DNA of 64,000 nt. Origin: Candidatus Uhrbacteria bacterium. GTDB lineage: Bacteria > Patescibacteriota > Patescibacteriia > UBA9934 > GWF2-40-263. The stretch is from the NCBI GenBank assembly GCA_016205975.1, contig JACQSK010000007.1, positions 5,328 through 69,327 of the forward strand. Direction: 5' to 3'. A program made the translations under genes and the position numbers. The notes beneath the pieces were generated by a model. It did not search any database and was not told the DNA's origin. It saw only the letters and a program-made list of their open reading frames with translations. Position 1 is the first letter of the stretch. Every line of letters starts with the position of its first letter. Positions 1-8,575 of the stretch are shown piece by piece.

Positions 1-25
1 AGGATGTTCATGAGGCGCGGCCAAC

Positions 26-349
26 TCATACCTCGGGTTGTTTCAAAGCGGCCTCGATACGATCCAGCGCTTCCATGGCGCTTTGCTCTGAGGCGGCTTT
101 CGCCGTTTCGTACTTCGCCTGCGCTTTTTGGATCGCCTCGCCCAGCATCTGATTCTCGCGCGCGACCGTCTCGTGGACGTTGGTTTCCAAGATGTGCATG
201 AGTCGATCAAGCTGTTCGGGCGTCATCTCCGGCATCATCGCCACAAAGCCAGCCTTCACGTCTTCGGGCATATCGGCCGCGGTTAAAAGGAGAGCGAAAC
301 GCTCGCCGAGTTTTTTTGCTTCTTGCTCGATGTCTGGTTGTGGATCCAT
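26..349 (-). CDS. Hypothetical helical protein (~107 aa)
   Basis: ORF 26..382; internal ATG at 349 (MDPQPDIEQEAKK); acidic, coiled-coil-like; divergent from the next gene. Confidence 0.65.
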   Translation of the reverse strand: MDPQPDIEQEAKKLGERFALLLTAADMPEDVKAGFVAMMPEMTPEQLDRLMHILETNVHETVARENQMLGEAIQKAQAKYETAKAASEQSAMEALDRIEAALKQPEV

Positions 350-383
350 AAGGTATGATAGTTTACAACGAGTATACCCCATT

Positions 384-1301
384 ATGGCACCAAATATCGA
401 ATACCCCTACATGCCGCCTGGGCGGTTTCTGAAGTACGCCTCGCCGGACGATCCGTTTATGGTCGCCGCGGCGCGTGCCAGGGCGGAGCAGGCGAGCGAT
501 GCCTTGTATCCGGTTGGGGCCGCGATGGTCGTGGGCGGCGCGATGGTCGCGCGCGCGGGGAACGGGTTTAACCGCGGGGCCGGGAAGGTGCATGTGTGCC
601 CGCGGATCGTTCTGGACGTTCCCAGCGGGACCGGGTATGAGCTGTGCGATCTCCACGATCCGACGGGTCATGCGGAGCGGATGCTCTTGCAGGTCGCTCG
701 GGAGGCTGGGATCGATCCAGCCGGCAGCGACGTCTATCTGTACGGCCACTGGTGGGCGTGCGAGCCCTGCTGGAGCGCGCTCATCGAAGCGGGCGTGCGG
801 GATCTCTATGTGACCGATGACGCGCACGAGCGGTTTGCGCGAGAGAAGGTGTATGGAGAGACACTCACGCCCGGCGTGAAAAGCGTCTACATCGCCGGAC
901 CGATCACCAACGTGGAAGACTTTGAGAGCCAGAAGCGTTTTTATGAAGCGCTCGGGGAGGCCGCAGAGCAGGTGGGATGTCGAAGCTGTATCCCGCATCG
1001 GGATAGCGGTGAAACCCAGTGGGCGCACGATGAGAATAAAGCGGCGGACGTGTTTGCCTGGGCGACGGGGGCGGTGCGTGACTGCGATGTCGTGGCGGCT
1101 GATGTGAGCGTGCCTTCGCTTGGGACCGGCGGGGAACTCGTCGAAGCCACGAGGGAAGGGAAGCACATCGTTCTTCTGTCCAAGAGAGGCTCGCGCGTCT
1201 CCGCATTCGTCCGAGGCAATCCCTCCGTGGTCTATCACATCGAGTATATTGACGAAGCTGATGCCGCGCGACAGCTTCGAAATGTCCTGAGGCAGCTCTA
1301 G
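384..1301 (+). CDS. Zn-dependent CMP/dCMP-type deaminase fused to a nucleoside 2-deoxyribosyltransferase-like domain
   Basis: HAE...CEPC zinc motif in the N-half; C-half VYIAGPI...DVVAAD...SLGTGGEL...GKHIVLL typical of the NDT/Rcl fold. Confidence 0.8.
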   Translation: MAPNIEYPYMPPGRFLKYASPDDPFMVAAARARAEQASDALYPVGAAMVVGGAMVARAGNGFNRGAGKVHVCPRIVLDVPSGTGYELCDLHDPTGHAERMLLQVAREAGIDPAGSDVYLYGHWWACEPCWSALIEAGVRDLYVTDDAHERFAREKVYGETLTPGVKSVYIAGPITNVEDFESQKRFYEALGEAAEQVGCRSCIPHRDSGETQWAHDENKAADVFAWATGAVRDCDVVAADVSVPSLGTGGELVEATREGKHIVLLSKRGSRVSAFVRGNPSVVYHIEYIDEADAARQLRNVLRQL

Positions 1302-1430
1302 CCAGGAGCGTGTACATTATTTTTCGATCGAAAAGAAATGGAGACGTTCGGAGTGGGAGCGTCTCCCGTGGAACAGAGCGAGTCTTGCAGAGGTTGTCGA
1401 AGAAAAAACGGCTTGAGGAAGCCGTTTCGA

Positions 1431-2135
1431 TCAGTCAGTCTGTGAGGCCGCGGAGATTTCGTGGACGATGCGCAGGGTGCGCGTCGTCTTTTCGTATTCC
1501 CATCGGACGATGTCGCAGCTGCCCCAGTGCATCCTCTCGACCGCCTGGATGACGACGAGCTGAAGACGTCCTTTCACCTGTCGAACGCGCACGAGGCCAC
1601 GCGCTTGTGTGGGCGCCCGCAGATACACGAGCAACGCGGGGTGTTTGCTCGCATGGCGCAAGATCATCCGATGCACGGTGCTGCGACTCGTCTTGAGTCT
1701 CTGGGCCGTGGCTCTGATCGACACCCCCTGGACGCGATGGAGGTAATAGGCGACAGAGTCTGGATCCGTCGGATCGTAGAAAACGTCCTTGGCACTGGGC
1801 GGCTTGTAGCGCTTGAGCGTGATCGTGTCTGCCCCTGCGCGCCATTCCACGACCGTCCCGTCCTTCCATCCGCAGCAGTTGAGCGCGCGAGCGCCCAGAA
1901 TGAGACGGACGCTGTTGGGCGGCAGTCGGTAGAGTTTGAGCCAGCCGCGCTCCACCTTGATGTTGTTGACAAGACGGTACCGGCGGACGGATTGGCGCAG
2001 AGCGTGGATCGTGAGGTAGCCGAGTTCGCGCGCCACGCGTCGTTCGTGCAAGCCTTCTCGCAGACGCCGGTCCGCCTGCGCGGCGCGTTCACGCACCGCT
2101 GTGCGGGACAATCGGCAGCCATGGATCGGTTCCAT
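1431..2135 (-). CDS. HTH / AbrB-like repeat DNA-binding protein, paralog 2
   Basis: MEPIHGCRL aligns with paralog start MDPINARRL; GGGAG upstream; HTH VSIRATAQRLKTSRSTVHR; GWKDGTVVEW and WGSCDIVRWEY AbrB-like motifs. Confidence 0.7.
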   Translation of the reverse strand: MEPIHGCRLSRTAVRERAAQADRRLREGLHERRVARELGYLTIHALRQSVRRYRLVNNIKVERGWLKLYRLPPNSVRLILGARALNCCGWKDGTVVEWRAGADTITLKRYKPPSAKDVFYDPTDPDSVAYYLHRVQGVSIRATAQRLKTSRSTVHRMILRHASKHPALLVYLRAPTQARGLVRVRQVKGRLQLVVIQAVERMHWGSCDIVRWEYEKTTRTLRIVHEISAASQTD

Positions 2136-2149
2136 GTTCTCTCCCGTTC

Positions 2150-2854
2150 TCACGGAGTTTCCTGAAGCTGTGCCGAGTGTTCCAGGTTCACGCGCAGCAC
2201 GCGCGCCTCCTCGTCATACTCCCACCGAACGATGTCGCCGCCTTTCCATTTCAACCGCTTGATCGGCGTTATGAGCGTGAGCGATAGGCTGACGCCGCCC
2301 TTATGCACCGAGACGATGCCGTCGTCTTCGATCGGGGAGCGCGTGAAGGCCGGGAGCTTTGGGTGCTTCATGGCGTGCCTGAGGGCCATACGCCGCGCCG
2401 CGCTGCGGGAGACGCCGAGTTCTGTCGCGACGTCCGTGAGAGTCTTGCCCATGACGCGGTGCAGGTAGTAGGCAACAGAATTCGGATCGTCGTCGCGCAC
2501 ATGCGCGTTTCTGCGGTTGAGTCGGACAGCTCGCAAGAGGATCGTCGCACCTTTGATACGCCAGTGGATGCCCTGGCCGTCTTTCCAACCGCACCGTCTG
2601 AGCGGACGGGTCGTCAGTAAGAGGAAGGATGTGCCGTTCTTGCGCAGAGGGAGTTTGAGCCACCCCTTGTCACGCCGGTATCCATGGCGCTTGCGATGAT
2701 ACTGGACGGACGCCAGTAAGGCCTTCACAGACACATAGCCGAGTTCCTTGATGACCCGGCGCTGCGACACGCCGTCGAGCAGCATCTGCGAGGCTTGCGC
2801 GGCGCGTTCGCGTTGCTTGGCGCGCGGGAGCCGGCGGGCGTTGATGGGATCCAT
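2150..2854 (-). CDS. HTH / AbrB-like repeat DNA-binding protein, paralog 1
   Basis: GGAGG SD; HTH KTLTDVATELGVSRSAARR; GWKDGQGIHW and WKGGDIVRWEY motifs; collinear with 1431-2135. Confidence 0.7.
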   Translation of the reverse strand: MDPINARRLPRAKQRERAAQASQMLLDGVSQRRVIKELGYVSVKALLASVQYHRKRHGYRRDKGWLKLPLRKNGTSFLLLTTRPLRRCGWKDGQGIHWRIKGATILLRAVRLNRRNAHVRDDDPNSVAYYLHRVMGKTLTDVATELGVSRSAARRMALRHAMKHPKLPAFTRSPIEDDGIVSVHKGGVSLSLTLITPIKRLKWKGGDIVRWEYDEEARVLRVNLEHSAQLQETP

Positions 2855-2869
2855 GGAACCTCCATTGCG

Positions 2870-2898
2870 GTTATAGCGAAAAGGAGCCGGGTGGTCAA
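2870..2898 (-). promoter_or_regulatory. Sigma70-type promoter for the paralog pair
   Basis: TTGACC-17-TATAAC on the minus strand. Confidence 0.65.
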
Positions 2899-2944
2899 GG
2901 GATTTGAAAAGCGCGCCTCTTGGGGAAGCGCGCCGTGAGTCTGG

Positions 2945-3742
2945 TCAGGCCGCGGTGGCCTTCTTCTGGTACGCGTCGGTGCCAGGCCAGCCGAGCTCCT
3001 CGAGCGCCAGGACGCTCCGCGCCCAGGACGAGCGCACCCAGATGTGCTCGCTCATCGTGGGAACCTCTCGACCCACGTAGAGGTCGAGGCGGTCGAGCTC
3101 GAGGCCACGCAGCTCCTCGGGTCGGTCCTGCCTCTGGAGGTGGTTCACCGCGACGAGTCGCTCGTTGTTGGTCACCAGGCAGAACATGATCTCACCCTCA
3201 TGCAGGCACTGGTACTTGTCCCAGACCTGCTGAGGCGTGAGGTTCACCATTTTGGCGATGGTGGCGAGACGACACCAGCGGCGGCGCGTGCTGCGCCCGG
3301 TCGTCTCCTTGACCATGTAGGGCGTGCGACCCACGAGGCGTTCGAGAACGCCGTTCTTGATCTGGCGGGCGCCCTGGAAGAGGCTCGTGTCGGGCCACTC
3401 GTCGTAGCCATCCGTCATGCCGGAGATCGTCATGAGACCGAAGGGCTTGGTCGCCCAGCGGACGAAGATGGTCGGGTTGTGCTGGTCGCCCTGGACGGCC
3501 GTGAGGAGGTGGATCTCGTTGCCCGCCTCGCGGATGGCCTGCCGGCGCTCGAACGAGTACGGCTCGGGGTTGCCGTCCTCGTCGTAGGCGTGCGACTGAC
3601 GGTGGGGCACGGGCCAGATGTAGGTGATCAGCGCCCAGGCTCCCTCGGGGACCTCCTCGCACGCGAGCGTGGTGTCCTCGTAGATCGGCTCACGCTCGTC
3701 TTCGTAGGTGCCGCTGTGCCGGCTGATCTTGATGCGGAGCAT
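2945..3742 (-). CDS. Hypothetical protein (accessory)
   Basis: AGGAGG SD before ATG 3742; strongly GC3-biased codons; no recognised motif. Confidence 0.7.
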   Translation of the reverse strand: MLRIKISRHSGTYEDEREPIYEDTTLACEEVPEGAWALITYIWPVPHRQSHAYDEDGNPEPYSFERRQAIREAGNEIHLLTAVQGDQHNPTIFVRWATKPFGLMTISGMTDGYDEWPDTSLFQGARQIKNGVLERLVGRTPYMVKETTGRSTRRRWCRLATIAKMVNLTPQQVWDKYQCLHEGEIMFCLVTNNERLVAVNHLQRQDRPEELRGLELDRLDLYVGREVPTMSEHIWVRSSWARSVLALEELGWPGTDAYQKKATAA

Positions 3743-3796
3743 CGTTCCTCCTTGTCCCGAGTGCCCATGTTGGGCTCTCATTCAATGGACTAAGCG

Positions 3797-3825
3797 AGGA
3801 TAGTCGAAAATCCTCCAACTGTCAA
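3797..3825 (-). promoter_or_regulatory. Sigma70-type promoter
   Basis: TTGACA-17-TATCCT. Confidence 0.65.
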
Positions 3826-3836
3826 CCTTGGGTATC

Positions 3837-3863
3837 AAAAATCAGCCAGTTTTGACTGGCTGA
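3837..3863 (-). terminator. Intrinsic terminator after dcd
   Basis: TCAGCCAGT/ACTGGCTGA stem followed by a T-run on the minus strand. Confidence 0.65.
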
Positions 3864-3871
3864 CGTTTGAC

Positions 3872-3974
3872 TCTGTGTGTCATCCCGAACAACGTGAGGG
3901 ATCCCATGACGAATCATTCGAACGAAAAATGGGATCCTTCCTCCTCGATGACTCGTCGTCAGGATGACACAGAG
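3872..3974. repeat. REP-like palindromic element (GTCATCC...GGATGAC); partial inverted copy at 54048-54090
   Basis: TGTGTCATCC..GAGGGATCCCAT / ATGGGATCCTTC..GGATGACACA arms; right arm recurs almost exactly at 54048. Confidence 0.75.
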
Positions 3975-3997
3975 GATGACACTCGCAATGAGTTCAT

Positions 3998-4687
3998 TTA
4001 TAAACTGAATTGATTCTTGATCTCATCAAGCTTACCCTCGACGAGCATCTGCCGTTCGTCGTCTTTGTCGAGCTTGAACCCCTGTGAGCCGGCCTGCTGT
4101 GAGCCTGTCGAACCCATCGAACCAGATTCCGTATACTTGGCCGCCGTCATGCCGTGAAGGTTGGCTTCTTCTGGCGTGAGCGGCCGATTCAGTTCTTGGA
4201 AGATCACCTGGCACACGCGCTCACCTGGATACAGACGGATCACTTGGTCGCCGGCTTCGTTTTTCATGGGGAATATGAGATGACCCTTGTAGCCCGTATC
4301 GATGATGCCCGAGAGCGATAGGTCAATGCCGCGGCGGTTGGTCGAAGTACGCGGGAACAAGACGGCCATGAGGTGCAGCGCGTTCAACTCGATGCGTTCC
4401 AGGCTCGTGCCGATCACAAACTCGTTTGGGAGCAGTTCAAAGTATTGCCCGGGCTGAAGCTGGACTTCATCGAATTGCTCGCGATGCGCGTCCACATCGT
4501 CAATGGCGACCTTGATAGCGCGTCGGCCTTTCTCATCAACCGTCCAGTTGCGCGGGATCAGGAACTTGTATCCAAGGCGCAGGTCAATGGCGTGCGGTTG
4601 GATTTGGAACTGGTCGAGCGCGGGGGTGAATCGGAGGGCGCTTGTGGTGATGGCGGAGAGGATTTCTGGGCGTGTGAGGATGGACAT
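3998..4687 (-). CDS. dcd: dCTP deaminase
   Basis: QPHAIDLRLG, RTSTNRRG, IDTGYKG, LYPGERVCQ motifs. Confidence 0.9.
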   Translation of the reverse strand: MSILTRPEILSAITTSALRFTPALDQFQIQPHAIDLRLGYKFLIPRNWTVDEKGRRAIKVAIDDVDAHREQFDEVQLQPGQYFELLPNEFVIGTSLERIELNALHLMAVLFPRTSTNRRGIDLSLSGIIDTGYKGHLIFPMKNEAGDQVIRLYPGERVCQVIFQELNRPLTPEEANLHGMTAAKYTESGSMGSTGSQQAGSQGFKLDKDDERQMLVEGKLDEIKNQFSL

Positions 4688-4738
4688 AGGGAGGGGGACA
4701 GAGGGGGCAAAAGAAAAGAGCGCGGAGCGCTCTTGACT

Positions 4739-5449
4739 TTAGGAGTTTGCATCCATTTTTATGCCGGGACCGATCGTTGAGGAGAGGCTCGCATTTTTGA
4801 TGTAGATGCCCTTGGAGGCCGAGGGTTTCATTTTTTTGATCTGATCCAGGAGCGCACGCAGGTTCACCTCGAGGTTCGCCTCGGAGAATGAACGGCGGCC
4901 GAAGACCTGGTGGATGTTGCCGGTGTTGTCGTTTTTGAAACTTTCCTTTCCGGCCTTTTGTTCCTGGATCATTTTCACGACGTTGGGACTCACGGTGTCG
5001 GTCTTGGGGTTTGGCATGAGGCCGCGGGGTCCGAGCAGGCGCGCGAGTTTGGCGAGCTTGGGCATCATGACCGGCGTGGCCACGGCTACGTCGAAGTTGA
5101 TGACTTGGCTCTGCGCGATCTGTGAGATCAGCTCGTCTCCTCCCACGATGTCCGCGCCGGCCGCCTTGGCCTCAGCTTCCTTGTCACCCTCCACGAACGC
5201 GGCGACTTTTTTGATCTTGCCTGTGCCGTGTGGCAGGGCGATGGTGCCGCGCACTTGCTGGTCCGATTTGCCCGCGTCGATGCCCAGGCGCACATGCAGC
5301 TCGATGGCTTCATCGTACTTGGCGGTTGCAGTTTTCTTTGCAAGCGCGAGCGCTTCGGAGATCGTGTATATTTTGTTTTTGTCGACGAGCGCCTTGGCTT
5401 GAACGAATCGTTTGCCTGGCTTGGCCTCCTTGTGTTTTCCGGTTGACAT
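4739..5449 (-). CDS. rplA: 50S ribosomal protein L1
   Basis: DQQVRGTIALPHGTGK, LGPRGLMPNPK; follows rplK. Confidence 0.97.
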   Translation of the reverse strand: MSTGKHKEAKPGKRFVQAKALVDKNKIYTISEALALAKKTATAKYDEAIELHVRLGIDAGKSDQQVRGTIALPHGTGKIKKVAAFVEGDKEAEAKAAGADIVGGDELISQIAQSQVINFDVAVATPVMMPKLAKLARLLGPRGLMPNPKTDTVSPNVVKMIQEQKAGKESFKNDNTGNIHQVFGRRSFSEANLEVNLRALLDQIKKMKPSASKGIYIKNASLSSTIGPGIKMDANS

Positions 5450-5455
5450 AGAGAT

Positions 5456-5535
5456 GGTGGTTTTAGCGCCCTGAGCTTGTGGTTCGATGGAACTTACCAC
5501 GGTGAGCATGTCGAACACGTCGAAGGGCTCCCACG
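5456..5535 (-). promoter_or_regulatory. Putative L1-binding leader of rplA with nested REP-like inserts
   Basis: Minus strand GTGGGAGCCC...GGGCGCTAAAACCAC between rplK and rplA. Confidence 0.55.
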
Positions 5536-5538
5536 GTT

Positions 5539-5961
5539 TTATTTAACGTCGACTCCCATTTGTCGGCATGTCCCAGCGATAATCTTCATCGCCGCATCGA
5601 CGTCCTGGGTGTTTAAGTCTGGAAGTTTTTTGATGGCGATCTCGCGCAGTTGATCCTTCGTAATCGAACCGACCTTGGTCGTGAGGGGATTGCCGGAGCC
5701 TTTTTCGATCTTCGCGGCTTTCTTAATCATGTCGGAAGCCGGCGCGGTCTTCGTGATGAAATCGAAGGTGCGATCCTTATAGACGTTGATGATAACCGGA
5801 ACGATTTCTCCGCGGCGGTCCTGCGTGGCCGCGTTAAACTTTGCGACGAAATCTCCAATCGGCAGTCCGTGCTGACCAAGGGCTGGACCGACGGGAGGAG
5901 CTGGCGTTGCGGCTCCTCCTGGAATCTGAAGCTTCACCTGAGTAACGAGTTCTTTTGCCAT
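5539..5961 (-). CDS. rplK: 50S ribosomal protein L11
   Basis: [23 protein letters not shown]. Confidence 0.98.
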   Translation of the reverse strand: MAKELVTQVKLQIPGGAATPAPPVGPALGQHGLPIGDFVAKFNAATQDRRGEIVPVIINVYKDRTFDFITKTAPASDMIKKAAKIEKGSGNPLTTKVGSITKDQLREIAIKKLPDLNTQDVDAAMKIIAGTCRQMGVDVK

Positions 5962-6025
5962 AGCGATTTTTTACTGGATTCCCAATAAGGGCGACCAGGC
6001 TATGAATTAGTGGCGAGAATGTACC

Positions 6026-6571
6026 TTAGGCTTTCTTAATTTGCAAGAAGTCGAGCTCAACCGGGGTTTCACGGCCGAACAGGTTCACGAGCACCTTGAC
6101 CTTTCCGCGTTCCTCGTCGATCTCCGAGACCTTGCCCTCCTGGTTCTTGAACGGGCCGTCGGTGATGATGATGGACGAACCTTTCTCGATATCAAACGTG
6201 TACTCAGGCTCGTTCACGCCCATGCGCTTCTGAAGCGCTTCCATTTCTTTTTCCGCGATCGGCGTAGGCGTCGTGCCCGTGCCGATGAAGCCGGTGACGT
6301 TGGGCGTGTTGCGCACCACGTACCATGAGTCGTCCGTCACGATCATCTCGACCAAGACGTAGCCGGGGAAGATTTTTTCCTCGATCGTCTTGCGCTTGCC
6401 GTTTTTGATTTTGATTTTTTTCTCCTTGGGCACGAGGACATGAAAAATCTTTTCCTCCATGTCCATCGTCTCGATGCGCTGGTTCAGGTTCTCCTCGACG
6501 TTTTCCTCGTAACCGGAGTAGGTGTGAATCGCGTACCAGCGGCGACCCAGGTTGGCTATTTGCTTTGGCAT
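6026..6571 (-). CDS. nusG: Transcription factor NusG
   Basis: WYAIHTYSGYE, FPGYVLVEM, KOW, FGRETPVEL. Confidence 0.98.
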   Translation of the reverse strand: MPKQIANLGRRWYAIHTYSGYEENVEENLNQRIETMDMEEKIFHVLVPKEKKIKIKNGKRKTIEEKIFPGYVLVEMIVTDDSWYVVRNTPNVTGFIGTGTTPTPIAEKEMEALQKRMGVNEPEYTFDIEKGSSIIITDGPFKNQEGKVSEIDEERGKVKVLVNLFGRETPVELDFLQIKKA

Positions 6572-6572
6572 A

Positions 6573-6797
6573 TTAGCTGGTGATCACGATGAGCCAGGCC
6601 AGCCCCTTGTTGAGAAGCCAGTCGAGCCCGCCGAAGAACGCGGCGAGAATAACGCACAGGACGATGACCAGGACCGAGTACTTGGTGGTCTCCTGGCGGC
6701 TGGGCCAGGCGACCTTGCGCAGCTCCTCGCGCGCCTCCTTCACGTAGCGCAGGAGCCAGACGAGAGGGTTGGCTCTCTTTTGGGCTTGGGTGTTCAT
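6573..6797 (-). CDS. secE: Preprotein translocase SecE
   Basis: ELRKVAWPSRQE plus a TM helix; upstream of nusG. Confidence 0.95.
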   Translation of the reverse strand: MNTQAQKRANPLVWLLRYVKEAREELRKVAWPSRQETTKYSVLVIVLCVILAAFFGGLDWLLNKGLAWLIVITS

Positions 6798-6897
6798 AAA
6801 ATCGGTATCTTAAAAGGCCCGTCGCGGGCCATTGATCGGCATCATAGCTGAGAGCCTTGGGTTTGGCAAGAGGACTGGGGACAGAAGGTTCTCTGGG

Positions 6898-6930
6898 AAA
6901 AGAAAAATCCCGCTGGGAGGTGAGCGGGAT
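6898..6930 (-). terminator. Intrinsic terminator after the Tas-like gene
   Basis: ATCCCGCT/AGCGGGAT stem then TTTTCTTTT on the minus strand. Confidence 0.75.
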
Positions 6931-6937
6931 CGTTGGT

Positions 6938-8445
6938 CTAGGCCATGCGCCTGCGGGCGGCCTCGAGCTTCTGGCGGCGAGCGAGCTCGCTCCACTGGTC
7001 GGCGAGCCACTCGACGAACTTCGTCACCGTGCGCCACAGGGCCATCTTGTGGATGTGTCCGTCGGTGTAGCGCTTCTTGCCTTCCACCTCGATCACCTCG
7101 GGGTGGGCGACGTGGAGCTTCGCCTTGTACTCGAGCAGGAGGCGGCCCCAGTGTGTGCGGTCGCTCTGCCGGTTGAACTGGTCCGCGAGCAGATACAGCG
7201 CCTGCCTCGCGTCCGGGTGCCAGTTGGCGGGCTGGCCTGCACGGCGGCGGGGGAACTCCCATCCTCCATGACGGCTACGCCACAGAACATCTTGAGCTTG
7301 GCCTGGGTGGCCTTGCGCGCGCGGTGCCGGAGCTTGGAGCGCTCCTCATGGCACGCGACGGCACGCTCGAGCAGGGCGGCCTGCTCCGGTCGCCTGTTCT
7401 TCGCGCACCAGGAGGCGACGCGTTGCAGGGTCTGGAACTCGCTGTTCCCCAGCTGGACGAAGCGCTTGAGTTCCTGGAACCTCGCCTCGCGCTCCAGCCG
7501 GGTGGACTCCTCGTAGAGGCTGTCCATCCGCGCCTGGTTGGGTTCGACCATGAACCGCTCGATCCCGCCGATCGCGGAGATGAGCCTTCCCGCGAGCGCG
7601 GGGCCGATGCCCGAGACATCCTCCAAGATGTGCTGCCACACCTGGGTGTTCTTCACGGCGCGGTCGAGCTCCTTGAACCGCGCGGCCTCCTCTTCCTGGA
7701 GCGCCAGGTAGATGCGGTCGTTGGCCTTGAACTCGTTGAACGCGCGTTCGATGTCGAGCTCGGCGAAGTCCTGCTCGGCGCACAGCACCTGGCCCACGAG
7801 GGCTCGGTGCAGGCGCTGTTCGCAGGCGATACGACCCTTCATGGCGTCGATGCGCAGAGCCTGGCACTCGCGCACCCAGATGATGCGCCGTGTGTTCACC
7901 GTCACCTCGTGGAAGAGGCTGGGCTTGTCGCGCGCGAGCTGCGCCAACAGCTTGGCGTCCTCGTCCTTCTCGCCGTGGCGTTCCCGCTTGAGCTCGAAGG
8001 GCGGAAGGCGCAGGACCTTGGCACTCACGCGCTCACCCTGCTTGGACAGGGCGAAGGCGAGCCGGTCTCCCGAGCCGCCGAGCGACATCCCGACGACGTC
8101 ACCGCGCTGGAGGCCGTCGAAGGTGATGGGAACCTTGGTGGCGACCTGGGTCTTGCCGTCCTGCTCGCGCAGGTGCACCTGGTTGAGCTTCTCGACGTCC
8201 TCGGTCTTCTTCACCGTACGCCACTTCACGTGACGTGGGTTGAAGTCTGCGAGGCTGTCTTCGGGCGCGATGTCACGCCAGGCGATGGGGAAGCGACCGC
8301 GCACCCAGTCGAGCTCGGCGTTGTCGTCCTCCAGCTCGTAGGTGTCCTCACGCCCGCCGTCGATGACGGTCATCTGGGTGGGACGCGCTTCTCCTTCCTT
8401 GGTCTTCTTGACCCGGTGTCGGACACCGATGAACCTCTTGTTCAC
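6938..8445 (-). pseudogene. IS110/Nop-domain TIGR-associated (Tas-like) protein, ~502 aa if a 1-nt frameshift near 7258 is corrected
   Basis: GTG start with AGAGGGAG SD; RuvC-like FIGVRH..VGMSLGG..KDEDAKLLAQL; coiled coil; VSGIGPALAGRLISAIGGIERF..KLKMFCGV; -1 frame continues FPRRRAGQPANWHPDARQALYLLADQF..HIHKMALWRTVTKFVEWL to TAG 6938, then a terminator. Confidence 0.8.
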
Positions 8446-8500
8446 TTCTCCCTCTGGTGAATGTCACCCAACGGGGAAACCCTGTTTCGGGCAACGCGCC

Positions 8501-8528
8501 ACCCTAGCAGTTTGGTCGACTATGTCAA
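8501..8528 (-). promoter_or_regulatory. Promoter of the Tas-like gene
   Basis: TTGACA-16-TAGGGT with TG extension. Confidence 0.5.
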
Positions 8529-8575
8529 TGGGCAAAGTAAAACCCCCGTTACTCTCGCAAGCTTCGGGAGCAGGA

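Noticed and set aside
6938-8445. Active IS110 insertion sequence with a bridge RNA
   Set aside because: DEDD residues and the catalytic serine loop appear absent; the upstream region is an eight-unit array rather than a two-loop RNA; no element ends seen
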